The notes beneath the pieces are model-generated. The model made no database searches and was not told the origin of the DNA. It was given only the letters and a program-made list of their open reading frames with translations. From Thalia democratica (taxonomy: Eukaryota), in the NCBI GenBank assembly GCA_965202585.1, contig OZ241834.1, forward strand, positions 744,001 to 808,000: a DNA stretch of 64,000 bases, given 5' to 3'. How positions within the stretch are numbered: position 1 is the stretch's first letter; every line of letters begins with the position of its first letter. A program made the translations under genes and the position numbers. Of the stretch, positions 38,953-51,687 are shown piece after piece.

Positions 38953-41119
38953 AGAAATTAAATATAGTAGTTACTAACTAATTTTGTTAAATACAGCATT
39001 TTACAGTGATTTTTTCTTTTTACATAGATTTAAGTTTTACTTGTTAGGAAGACGATATACCTGAATACTGTTTAACATGTTGTAATTACTCCTTTTAGTT
39101 TTAAATCGTTTAAAATATTTAAATACTTTTTTTTTTGAACTTTTACAACTAAAGGGTTTACTTTATTGTGAAATTCTTCAAAGTTTTCTGAGTTTATTTA
39201 AGAGTTTTTTATAAAACAACTCAAAACTAAATTTTTAAATTTCAAAATATACAAAAAATATAAAATAAACAAGGTTTAAAATCATCTTAAGTAGTTTAAC
39301 AACAATGATATAATACTGAAAATCTACTTAAAATGTGTTTTTTGATAGAAAAATTTTAAATTATAGAATAAAAAATTATGTTGTTATGAAATTTTTTTTA
39401 CATATCATTCAAATACAATAATTCATAAGTAGAAATAATTTAAATGTCCAGGATTTTCAGTAATTTTGTCCAAAATTTCAGGTTTTTTCAAGTTTTCACA
39501 AATTCTAGATTTTTTGGCTACCCTGATATAAATTAAATTTTTGCTTTCTTAAATTAGTATTTAAACTTACATTTAAACTTTAAATGATCTGCTAACTTTC
39601 AGTTGTAATTTTATTACATGACAGCTAAAATTGTTATTAGCTTTTTGATGAGGCAGTGGTTATACATTACATTCCAAAGTTTGTCCAATGAAAACCTACT
39701 AGTTGCTTGATCTAGTTTAAACTCTGAACTGAGAGCTGCCAAACAAAATTAATTTATGAACAGAATTTTAATCAATTCAACAAAATGGAGTTTTTATAAA
39801 GTTCTTATTAGAATGAAACTTTCTAAAATAAAATTTCTAATTTTTTCAATTACACCAAAAGTGAAGGGTTTTCCATATTTAGTTCAAAAGTTCTTTTCGA
39901 ATATAATTTGTAGCAGTTAATGATACTTTTCAAACATAGTGAAAGTTTTGTTAAAATATTTATAAAAAGTTTCAAACATTAAAACTGCTTTTTTAAATAT
40001 GTAAAAATAAATGATAATACACGCAGGACTCAGGGGTTCAAAGCCTTAACCGTATAAAGAGTTATTAAAAACTACTAAGACCAGCAAAAAGATATAGTAA
40101 ATTAATAATTTTTGATTTAAGGAGTATGTTTATACATTAGTATATGTTTACTTACACACTGTATTTTAATTTAAGAGAGAAAGTTGTATTAACTTAACCT
40201 GATAACCGAAAGGTTCTTTATGCACCAAAATATTACGAGCGACTTTTTGTTTACCTTTTTGTCGCTCACCAACTATAATACAAAAACTTAATCTGTAGAA
40301 AGTTATGTAAACTAAGTTCTAAGCAAATGTTGTGTTAAATTTTTAACTACTTTTTAATAAAAGAAGCTTTTACTAGAAGTTATTATAAAACTTTTTAAGA
40401 AATCTTTAAATTATATAGAACTAAATATCAGAAATACTTTATTTTGTTCCTTATAGCTTCAATTAAAAAATTTATTTCCGAATATTTAATATGTTATAGA
40501 AATAAGCTATTTTCCAATTCAGATTTACCTAAAAACACATCTAACTTCTTTAGATTTCGATGTCGATATATGCATCAATTCATCAATTGATACAGTAAAT
40601 TTTAGTTCTCAAGTTAATTAAAAAATATATTTTTTTAATTAAAGATAATTTTTTTAAAGCTTTTTATTTAGCTTTTTATTTATTGGTAAAGTTATATTGT
40701 GTAATTGATTTATAAAAAAAAATATTTTGCCGATAAAGCTTTATTGTTCTCTTAAAATATTTATATTGTTCTGTGTTAAAAACTTTTAATAAAACAAAAA
40801 AATTTAATCTTTAAACAATTATTTAAACTTTGTTTATACAAAAATGCCTAAACTTTTATTTATGTTTTACATATTTTTACTAAAAATATTATTAAAAAAA
40901 ATGTTTTTGGTTATATACAAAATGTATTAGATATTAAACTTTTGTTTAAGCGTTTTCTAATAGAAATATAAACTAGTGTATATGATATTTAACAGGTTGT
41001 TTTAATTTTTTTTTTATATGCACAACAAAATAAAAATAATTTAACTTTTTTAAGCTTAATAGCAGAAAGACATTACAAAAATGTTGTAATTATGTTATTA
41101 AAATTTTTAGATTTTATTA

Positions 41120-41678
41120 AAATTATAAGATTTTACAAATTTTAACATGACAGAACTTAGTTCCACTGTGCTTGGTTTTAGACTATTTCCATATAAATGA
41201 TCTTTGATCATTTGCTGGGATCTTATTGTCATCTCTCCAATATCAGTTAATATTAATTACTTATTTAAGCTAAAGCCCCTGTCAACACTTGCCTGGCCAT
41301 TGTGAAGCACAAACACAGCCTCAACAACTCTTCTTAAATATTTATACTTGCATAGTTTACCACAACTTTCATATCTCTAAACTGTTTGTTTTTGTTTAAC
41401 TTTAGTTATGATAAATATACATTTACAACTTAAAAAAAATTACAATGTTAATTCTAAAAATGTTAAGAACTAGCCACAAGGCTAAAAAGTTTCAAAATAA
41501 GCAGTTAAAAATAAATAAATTTAAACATTTTTGAACACAAAATTACAACTAGATTAACTAAATATCATTCTAAATCTATAAAAAAATTCTCTGAAATTAA
41601 AAAAAAAATCTTAAAACTTACCTGATATTAGAAAAAAATTAAAACTGCCATGAGTTTTGCTGTGTGTGTGGCAACCCT
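41120..41678 (-). mobile_element. Decayed DNA transposase C-terminal fragment next to a CAGGGTTGCCA terminus
   Basis: Minus strand KYKYLRRVVEAVFVLHNGQASVDRGFSLNK*LILTDIGEMTIRSQQMIKDHL...STVELSSVMLKFVKS contains an (E/D)RGFS motif like the hAT dimerization region. TGGCAACCCTG terminus at ~41,668-41,678. Confidence 0.7.
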
Positions 41679-42141
41679 GTCATTGGCCAAATTTCAAAAA
41701 TAAAATTATTTGTAGTATTAGTTTTTACTGTTTGTAACAGACCCAAAGTATTTAGCATAAGTTCCTATGTAATGTAACTATTTATCTTAAGCCTTTTACT
41801 TTCATGGACCACAGTTTAACCTTTTATGGGCTGCATCCTATTTAAAATAAAAACTTTGATTTCTGCTCTTGTAGAAGGGGCAACAGAAAAACATGAATGA
41901 CAATGATAGTAAATTTAAATTCAAGATAGAAAATAGTTTGGTGCTTGTAGCAAAACATGGTCTCTATGTTTAATATTAGAATTAGTGGGTCAAAAAAAAA
42001 ATGCTTATTTTTTTAGACAAATTAATTACCTATCATTTTCTATTCTAAAGCAAATAAAGTGTTATAAAGTATAAGTAAATTAAATATATTTAAAGAAGCT
42101 CATGTGTTTACAAACCTAATTATATGTCAATTAATGATTAA

Positions 42142-45100
42142 AAGGTCATACTCCACGCTAGTCCATTGACCATAGCTGTATATATTTACACTTTATTTCT
42201 TTTAATATTTATGCTATTTAAGAGCATAAAGTTAATTTTATAGGCAAATTTATTAATTTTTCAAAAAAAAAACAAAACTTTAATGTCAATTATTTTCCTT
42301 ATCTTAAAAGCTATCCAAAAAATTTTTTTTTTAGAGAACGTACCTCTGTCTTTAATTAAAAAAAAAATTTGGTTTGGGGTTTGAATTATTTCATGGGGTC
42401 CCTTAAAAAATAAAAGTTTTTTTTTTTTTTTTTATGGTATTACAACCAAAAGTAACATCATTTTTTTATTTATTTTTTTTCACTTAGTTTGCATGTTATT
42501 TAACCTCTTAAATGTTTATTTTATAAGTAATGTTAATATCTTTTATGATTTGGCCTCAATCAAGGACCAGATTTGCTAAAACTTAAAAACATAATATAAA
42601 AAAAAAAACAAAGTTAATTAAATTATTTTACTTTAATTAAACTTGTTGTAGTCCACACTACTATTATTTTTTTTTCCTGTTATATTTTCTTTTTTTCCCC
42701 TTTATCCTTACAAAATAAGAGGAGAAACAAGCAAAATGATGTATATTACACTATCATTTGCCTTGGCCATTTCCTAGTTTAAAAATTGATAAAAGGAAAA
42801 AAAAACTAATAATAGTGTGGATTACAACTAACTTAATTAAAGTAAAATAATTTAATTAACTATTTTTTTTCTTTTATATTATGTTTTTAAGTTTTAGCAA
42901 ATCCGGTCCTTGATTTGATTAGCGTCTTTTTGGATCACATTTTTCGAGATCACATTTTTGTTGAAAACAATTTTCTAGACAACATTTTTTAAGTTTTCCG
43001 TGATTGGCTTACTAAAAGGTTACTAAAGGTTAAAGTTAAATTTATTTTATACTTACAAACAAATATATGATATGTAAGCAAGTTAAAATAAATATTACAA
43101 TTTTAACGTTAATAGAAAAGTAAACAAAACAAAATTTAGATAATCAGCAAAAGATATTTTATTAAATAAAAATTACAAAAAAAAAAATTAAAAATGAGAA
43201 TAATAAATAAAAAAAACAAATAAATAAATTAAAATACACCTTCAGAAAAGAAAAAAAAATCAATAGAAAATATTGAAACATAAGTTTTATAAAAACCTGA
43301 AAAATATTTTAATAAAATAGTAACAAGTTTAAGAATAGTTATTAAAACCAAAATACTAAATAATAAAAAATTATGTTAATGATATAAAAGTTTAAAACCA
43401 TTCTTTTATAAGTTTAGGTAATAAACCAATTTATATCAATCTAAAAATTTATTAACAAATAAAAAGAAAATATAATCATATTAAAATTTTATGCCATTTA
43501 ATTAAAAAACTATATATATCTGCATAAAAAAAAATTATTCGTGTAATGTATAGAAGTTATGTTTAAAACGTAACGTGTATCATTTACTAATCGACCGTTT
43601 GAAACTTATCATCAAAAACATTCATTTGGTTGTAATAAACAGTCTAGTACCAGTACAAATCTGACTGACTCATTTCTCAATATAAATAACTGAAACTTTG
43701 CAAATATGTAATTTAGGGGTATTTCTTGGTACCGCTATATTTTTATGCACCTAGCTTAAATATTTTTGAAGCAGTGACCGCCTGAAATTTACCTTAAATA
43801 AACACAGTCGGTTGACTTAAAAAAGACAACTTAGTACTGCTGGACCTCTAACTCCTTTTTTTGTCAAAAAAAACATATAAAACTTTGCTAATATGTTCTC
43901 TTATGTTTTCACTTGGTTAAAATTAATTATCTCATTTCTAACATGTTCGGTTTTGAAAATATGATTTGACCAAATAAATCAGCAAAATTGTTGTAAATTC
44001 CGTATAAAAACACGTTCATTTTATTAAAAACAAAACAACGTAGTACCAGTACAAATCTGACTGACTCATTTCTCAATATAAATAACTGAAACTTTGCAAA
44101 TATGTAATTTAGGGGTATCTCTTGGTACCGCTATATTTTTATGCATCTAGCTTAAATATTTTTGAAGCAGTGACCGCCTGAAATTTACCTTAAATAAACA
44201 CAGTCGGTTGACTTTAAAAAAGACAACTTAGTACTGCTGGACCTCTAACTCCTTTTTTTGTCAATAAAAACATATAAAACTTTGCTAATATGTTCTCTTA
44301 TGTTTTCACTTGGTTGAAATTAATTATCTCATTTCTAACATGTTCGGTTTTGAAAATATGATTTGACCAAATAAATCAGCAAAATTGTTGTAAGTTCCGT
44401 ATAAAAACACGTTCATTTTATTAAAAACAAAACAACGTTGTACCAGTACAAATCTGACTGACTCATTTCTCAATATAAATAACTGAAACTTTGCAAATAT
44501 GTAATTTAGGGGTATCTCTTGGTACCGCTATATTTTTATGCATCTAGCTTAAATATTTTTGAAGCAGTGACCGCCTGAAATTTACCTTAAATAAACACAG
44601 TCGGTTGACTTTAAAAAAGACAACTTAGTACTGCTGGACCTCTAACTCCTTTTTTTGTCAAAAAAAACATATAAAACGTTGCTAATATGTTCTCTTATGT
44701 TTTCACTTGGTTAAAATTAATTATCTCATTTCTAACATGTTCGGTTTTGAAAATATGATTTGACCAAATAAATCAGCAAAATCAGCAAAAAATCAGCAGT
44801 ACTAAGTTGTCTTTTTAAAAGTCAACCGACTGTGTTTATTTAAGGTAAATTTCAGGCGGTCACTGCTTCAAAAATATTTAAGCTAGATGCATAAAAATAT
44901 AGCGGTACCAAGAGATACCCCTAAATTACATATTTGCAAAGTTTCAGTTATTTATATTGAGAAATGAGTCAGTCAGATTTGTACTGGTACTACGTTGTTT
45001 TGTTTTTAATAAAATGAACGTGTTTTTATACGGAACTTACAACAATTTTGCTGATTTATTTGGTCAAATCATATTTTCAAAACCGAACATGTTAGAAATG

Positions 45101-46946
45101 AGATAATTAATTTCAACCAAGTGAAAACATAAGAGAACATATTAGCAAAGTTTAATATGTTTTTTTTGACAAAAAAAGGAGTTAGAGGTCCAGCAGTACT
45201 AAGTTGTCTTTTTTAAAGTCAACCGACTGTGTTTATTTAAGGTAAATTTCAGGCGGTCACTGCTTCAAAAAAATTTAAGCTAGATGCAAAAAAATATAGC
45301 GGTACCAAGAGATACCCCTAAATTACATATTTGCAAAGTTTCAGTTATTTATATTGAGAAATGAGTCAGTCAGATTTGTACTGGTACTACGTTGTTTTGT
45401 TTTTAATAAAATGAACGTGTTTTTATACGGAATTTACAACAATTTTGCTGATTTATTTGGTCAAATCATATTTTCAAAACCGAACATGTTAGAAATGAGA
45501 TAATTAATTTTAACCAAGTGAAAACATAAGAGAACATATTAGCAAAGTTTTATATGTTTTTTTTGACAAAAAAAGGAGTTAGAGGTCCAGCAGTACTAAG
45601 TTGTCTTTTTTAAAGTCAACCGACTGTGTTTATTTAAGGTAAATTTCAGGCGGTCACTGCTTCAAAAATATTTAAGCTAGGTGCATAAAAATATAGCGGT
45701 ACCAAGAAATACCCCTAAATTACATATTTGCAAAGTTTCAGTTATTTATATTGAGAAATGAGTCAGTCAGATTTGTACTGGTACTAGACTGTTTATTACA
45801 ACCAAATGAATGTTTTTGATGATAAGTTTCAAACGGTCGATTAGTAAATGATACACGTTACGTTTTAAACATAACTTCTATACATTACACGAATAATTTT
45901 TTTTTATGCAGATATATATAGTTTTTTAATTAAATGGCATAAAATTTTAATATGATTATATTTTCTTTTTATTTGTTAATAAATTTTTAGATTGATATAA
46001 ATTGGTTTATTACCTAAACTTATAAAAGAATGGTTTTAAACTTTTATATCATTAACATAATTTTTTATTATTTAGTATTTTGGTTTTAATAACTATTCTT
46101 AAACTTGTTACTATTTTATTAAAATATTTTTCAGGTTTTTATAAAACTTATGTTTCAATATTTTCTATTGATTTTTTTTTCTTTTCTGAAGGTGTATTTT
46201 AATTTATTTATTTGTTTTTTTTATTTATTATTCTCATTTTTAATTTTTTTTTTGTAATTTTTATTTAATAAAATATCTTTTGCTGATTATCTAAATTTTG
46301 TTTTGTTTACTTTTCTATTAACGTTAAAATTGTAATATTTATTTTAACTTGCTTACATATCATATATTTGTTTGTAAGTATAAAATAAATTTAACTTTAA
46401 CCTTTAGTAACCTTTTAGTAAGCCAATCACGGAACACTTAAAAAATGTTGTCTAGAAAATTGTTTTCAACAAAAATGTGATCTCGAAAAATGTGATCCAA
46501 AAAGACGCTAATCCTTGATTTGAGGCTAAATCGTAAAAGATATTAACATTGTTTATAAAATAAACACTTAAAAGGTTAAATAACATGCAAAGTAAGGGAA
46601 AAAATAAAAAATAAAAAGAAAAAATATTTATTTTTGGTTATAATACCATAATAATGATAAAAAAACCTTTATTTTGGGGGGACCCCATGAAATAATTCAA
46701 ACCCCAAACCATTTTTTTTTCAAGTTAAAGACAAAGATGTGTTATCTAAAATAAAATAAAAAATTTAGACAGCTTTTAAGATAATAAAAATAATTGAAAT
46801 TAAAGTTTTGTTTTTTTTTTAAATTAATAAATTTGCCTATAAAATTAACTTTAAGTTTATACTCATTCTTTTTTCATATGTTTATTTTTATTCATGTAGC
46901 TTCATGTGCTATGAAACTATTGAATACTATAAGTAGGGAGTTACCC
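42142..46946. mobile_element. Older foldback element with long diverged arms, hosting the inner palindrome
   Basis: ~42,227-42,680 is the reverse complement of ~42,800-42,917 plus 46,523-46,855 (e.g. GGTTTGGGGTTTGAATTATTTCATGGGGTCC / GGACCCCATGAAATAATTCAAACCCCAAACC). Outer ends with possible TTAA flanks are tentative. Confidence 0.7.
42918..46512. mobile_element. 3.6-kb palindromic foldback element (~1.72-kb arms with ~397-bp internal tandem repeats)
   Basis: Arms 42,918-44,636 and 44,794-46,512 are almost exact reverse complements around a 157-bp spacer. Termini (G)ATTAGCGTC...GACGCTAAT(C). The direct repeat CCTTGATTTG flanks both ends (TSD 10 bp, or 8 bp with the longer TIR). Repeat units start at ~43,646, ~44,042 and ~44,440. 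Confidence 0.92.
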
Positions 46947-47759
46947 TTAAAAAAAACTGTCAGCTTAGTTTGAATAAAAATAAAATTTATACATTTAATT
47001 AAACAAACAATACTTTATTAATTCAAAAATTTCGACACTCATAAGAATTTTTTTTTAAACTTAAATAAAAAGTTTTAATTAACTTTAAAATTAAGACGTA
47101 TAATTTTTGTATCAAAATCTTCACGTGTGCTTTCTAAAATAAGTTTTAAATTTACTCTGCTTTAAAATTTTTTAGAAATATTTAAAATTGGACTTTATAT
47201 TGAAACTGAGTTTAAAGTGCTACTAAAATCTAAACTACTTTTTTTTCAATATTTTACATTTTTTGATTTACATAATTTTTTTTAAGTTTCTGTCCATAAA
47301 ATTTATTGAATGATATATTTCAATATGTTTGTTTTTTGTATTGTATCTAACATTGTTGTTTTTATTGTTGAATATTTTGACTTAGATCTTTTATTTTTGA
47401 AGATTGGTAGCTTTGTTAGGTTGAAAAAACGTTTTAATAGTATTCAATTTAAGTTATGTTCTAACAGCAATGTATATTAATGAAAACCTTTATACATAAC
47501 TCTAAAATTTATAAAATCTTTTGGTTGGATTTATAAAAATTAAAAGACTTTTATTTACTGTTTAAACATTTGTTTTATTTATAAAAGTCATTAAAAAAGT
47601 AAAATTGTTAATAGTTTAATTTAATTACTTATATTATAAAACAGAAAAATAATTTTTTGTAAAGTGGTGAAAATAAACTTAAGGTGCAAAGTCTCTTAAC
47701 ATTGTTTATTTCGTTTTAAACTACTTTTTAGTTTAAAAATTGTCCTTTATTTTGATAAA

Positions 47760-47821
47760 TATTATTGTTATTACTATTATTAAAATTATTATTATTGTTA
47801 TTATTATTATTATTATTATTA
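47760..47821. repeat. Imperfect (TTA)n microsatellite
   Basis: ATTATTGTTATTACTATTATT...ATTATTATTATT. Confidence 0.85.
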
Positions 47822-48319
47822 GTTTATAACTTTTAAGGTTTGTTTATTAATTTAGACTTTCAAAAAATAACAAAATTAAAAGATAAAAAAAGATAGTTTT
47901 TTTAAAAAGCTCATTTTACTTTTTAGATAGGAGAATAAGTTAAATAGTTTTTTTTCAAGTTTTAGTTAGATTTTGGTTTATATTTTATATGTTTTTTAGT
48001 TTTATTTTGGAAAAATATTACAAAAGTTTAGCTTTTAAGTTTATATATTTATAGTAAAAACTGACTTATTAGTATAAATTAAAGTTGGTTTGATAAGACT
48101 TACTTGTCACATCAATTAAATAGTTGAATTGAAACGGATTATAACAAGTTTAAATTACATCGTGGTAACTTTTTTTCATTTCTAAATAAAATTCTTATTT
48201 AGTGACAAATAGTAAACAAAACGCTTTCTAGCTAACTTGTATTGCTTATTAACTGAATGTTTAAGCTTTTAAATGTAAACAATCGTTTTTAAATGCTAAA
48301 AAATCTCATATATCGTAAG

Positions 48320-48395
48320 CAGCTGTAGCCTAATGGTTTAAGCGTTTGACTGACTTTGATCGATAGGATAAGAGTTCAAGTCTCTTGTCGGATGG
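48320..48395 (+). tRNA. tRNA-like pseudogene or SINE head (isotype not assignable)
   Basis: A box TAGCCTAATGG, good T arm AAGAG-TTCAAGT-CTCTT. Acceptor and anticodon stems pair poorly. Confidence 0.55.
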
Positions 48396-48455
48396 ATTAT
48401 TTTGCTAAAATTTATCAAATTTAAATATATATACCCTTCTAATCTGCTCATAAGC

Positions 48456-48770
48456 GCTACGGCGTAGCCTTGTGGTTTAAAATTAGGTTCCCCTGCAGTT
48501 GGTAAGTGCTGTAGGGTTCGAAGCCAGGAAGCAGCTATTAAATTAAGGCTAATTATATATAAATTAACTCACTAACCTCACGTAAGATAATCAAGTATGA
48601 TGGGGTGTTTGAGCGTCGCGAACTCACTCATTCTGTTGTACTTCACTCTAATATATAAGTTTATCACTATCTAATTTATATAACTTATATCTAAGTACAT
48701 GGCTGTGGAATGGTTTCAACTTGTGGGTAGTTGGGTTTTTGGGAAACATAAAGTTCTGTCGTGTGACTGG
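48456..48770 (+). mobile_element. tRNA-derived SINE-like element, copy 3
   Basis: TAGCCTTGTGGTTTAAAATTAGGTTC...GGTTCGAAGCCAGG, then the core GTATGATGGGGTGTTTGAGCGTCGCGAACTCACTCATTCTGTTGTACTTCACTCTAATAT. Confidence 0.62.
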
Positions 48771-51504
48771 CAATGCTGACGAGTGTTGTCAGGAGCATGG
48801 GGTGGTATAAGGTTTGGTAGAGTTAACTTACGTCGTAGTTGTAGAGGCAGAACTTTTGTACTTTTTTTTTTCTTTCATTTTTAAAGCTGTTTTTATCTTC
48901 TTATTTCAAAACAAAACAAAATTTGCTTTTTTATTCAACTATGCAGCTTCTATTAATGCAACTTTTTATTGTAGCAAAAATGAAGAAACAATAAAAGTAG
49001 ATTTAAAATAATTTAATACTTTTTTTTGTCGTTCTGAAAGTAATAAAATTTTTATTGTTTAAGTTCTAATACTTCTTTTTTAACTACTTAAACTAAAATA
49101 GTAAATACTACAACTGTAAAAAGTTGCTTCTTTTACTATAAGTTATGTTTCAAGATTATCAATGAGATAATTTTTACGGTATAGTAAAAGTTTTATTTAT
49201 TTATTATGCTTTGAACAAAGCTTTTTCTTAAACTATGGTAAAAAAAAACTAAGAAAAGTTTAAGATAATTTGTGTAAGTAATTCATTATCAAACTTAGCT
49301 TAACATTGTTACTAACTAACAATTTAATTATGTGTACCAGAGTAAAGAAAAAAAGCAAAATTTTGAATAATTAAATTTTGTATTTAAGTTAGGTTAAAAT
49401 GATAAAATAAAAAAACTGTATCTATCATTTTTTTTCAAATTTGTATTTTCAACAATATGCTACATAGTAAACTATTTATGTTTTTATTTTATATGCAAGT
49501 GTATCAACCTACATTTTAGCTGCTTGAAGAAAACTAGCTGTACTTAAAGTATGTATTTTCTACAAAGGAAATTATAATTATAAATATTATTATACTTACA
49601 TTGGTTATGAACTTTACAGAACTATACTTCTAAGGCTTTATAAGATCAGTTTGATAAAAGTAATTTTCAATATTTATTTTTTGTCGATTAATAGTAGCAA
49701 AAGAAAGTTTTTAGTTATTTTAGTTTTTGTCTCACAAACTTATTTTTATTAAGTGGTTGAAAACGTTTGTTAGTTTTCATTTATTTTCATGACTTTAGTC
49801 CTTGTCAACTTACTTCATGATTTTTTTTCAGTTAACAATATTTGTTTATCTAATTAAACTAGAGGTGAGCAACTTTAAACTTTAGCTTAGAAAAACTGCA
49901 GGACAGATTTTAAAAAAAGAGTTAGAGATCTGCGTAACATTGAGATATTTTTTAAATAAAAAACATTTTTTTAAAGATAATACTGTCATGAAATTGTCAT
50001 ATGACTTACATATGCTTTACATTAAACTAAGTCAACATTTAAAAATTATTTTTATAAAAAAGCTCAGTTTTGTTTTATTTGCACAAAATGTTTTCAAACT
50101 AAATTACAAAATAAGTGCCGTAAACTGCCTTTCCTTGTCTATACCGAAAAATTATGAAAATATTATTTTTATCATTATGTAGAATTTTAGAACTTTTATT
50201 ATCAAAATTAAAGAACAAACCTTAGGGAGTGATGTTTCTAAAAATTTTCTATTAGGTAACTTTAAGCTCTAAAAACCTTAAAAGTTTAAAAATAAATTTA
50301 CAGCTTTTAAAAAAATTAAGCACAAGCAATCTTTTAAACATTAATTTTATTGAAAGATTAATCAAAGTTTTTGCTTTTATTATTTAAAGCACACAGTATA
50401 CAATTATGTTTGAATTGTTTTTTATTCTGTATCAAATTCGTAAACTTATACAACAATTTTTGTTTGATAGGATGCATTTAAAGCAATCAACATTTAATTT
50501 GTATCAAAAAACTTAAAAAAAGAAGGGTTTTCTTTTGAAAATGGAGAAGTTTACTGTCTATTTGTAAAAAACTATTATACACGCAATAATATCGTGGCTC
50601 AATTAATATCAGCTGCTGTTAACCTTGTACTTGTTAATACTTTTCTTGTACAAATTTTAATGTAAGCTATTGAATTTTATTTATTGTTTCACGAAAACAG
50701 ACGAAAATGAGCAAACGTAAACGTTGTATTTCAGCTTTTATCAGTTAAGTATTAAAATGGCATTAAAACTAGTGTTTTATTTTTTACAAAAAACAAACAG
50801 ACATTATAGCTTTAACTATAAACTTAGCGTTTCAGAAAGTTTCAACTCTTATTTATTTGCAATATTTAATTTACATTAAAAAAATAAATAAAATATATTA
50901 AAGTTTTGTAATATTTTTAAGTGTATCGCTTGTCGTTTCAAAATAATCTAAAAAGCTATCAAAAAAGTTTTAGTAGGTTTTTAAAAGTTTTCATAGTTTA
51001 ATTAAAACGTTACAACATTTCAAAAAACATATCGTAGTCTATTGTAAAAAAGGCTTAATTAAATTAATACTAGTGTCAAATTTATAACAAAATATAAATA
51101 AATGTTTTGTACTTTTACGGCTTTTATTTAAGTTTATCTTGTTTATTTTATAAACATATTTTAAAGAAAAACATGCTTTTAAACTAAAAAAAATATTAAA
51201 ATTATAATTCTAAAACTTAAAAAAATTGTAAAATTTATTTTTCAAAGTCATACTTTTTCTTGTAAACATTTACAAGAAATATCTAAATGAGTAAACCAAC
51301 AGCTTAAAAATTTAGACTAAGTGTTTATAAATCACCACTTAGCTTTTTTTTCATGAAAATTGTCAAAATATTATTACTAACTAAAAATAGACATTCAAAT
51401 TATACCTCAAGATAGTCAAAGAAACAACTTTTATCAGGAACTTAACAACTAAAAACAACCTACAGCAGCATTTTGTCAACAATAAAAAAGTCCCTGCTTT
51501 TTGA

Positions 51505-51687
51505 TCAAGCGCTTGAGAAGTTGTATTTTGTTTCTATGGACCATATCTCGTCTTCACTCTCTTCATCTTTTATCTTCTTATTCCTCATCTCATCCACGTG
51601 GGATCTTGATGAGATGCCGTATGATGGATGATCTTGTCTGAAAGGGATCGTTGATCTCTGAGAACTCCTCTGACTATGCGGGGTGTC
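51505..51687 (-). CDS. Putative terminal coding exon, product unknown
   Basis: TTTTTTTACAG acceptor, then 60 open codons DTPHSQRSSQRSTIPFRQDHPSYGISSRSHVDEMRNKKIKDEESEDEIWSIETKYNFSSA* in a GC-elevated island. No upstream exon identified. Confidence 0.5.
   Translation of the reverse strand, partial: DTPHSQRSSQRSTIPFRQDHPSYGISSRSHVDEMRNKKIKDEESEDEIWSIETKYNFSSA

Noticed and set aside
40195-40270. CTGATAACCGAAAGGTT and GAGCGAC/GTCGCTC hairpins as another ribozyme
   Set aside because: The hammerhead core order and stems are not satisfied; only short isolated hairpins are present.
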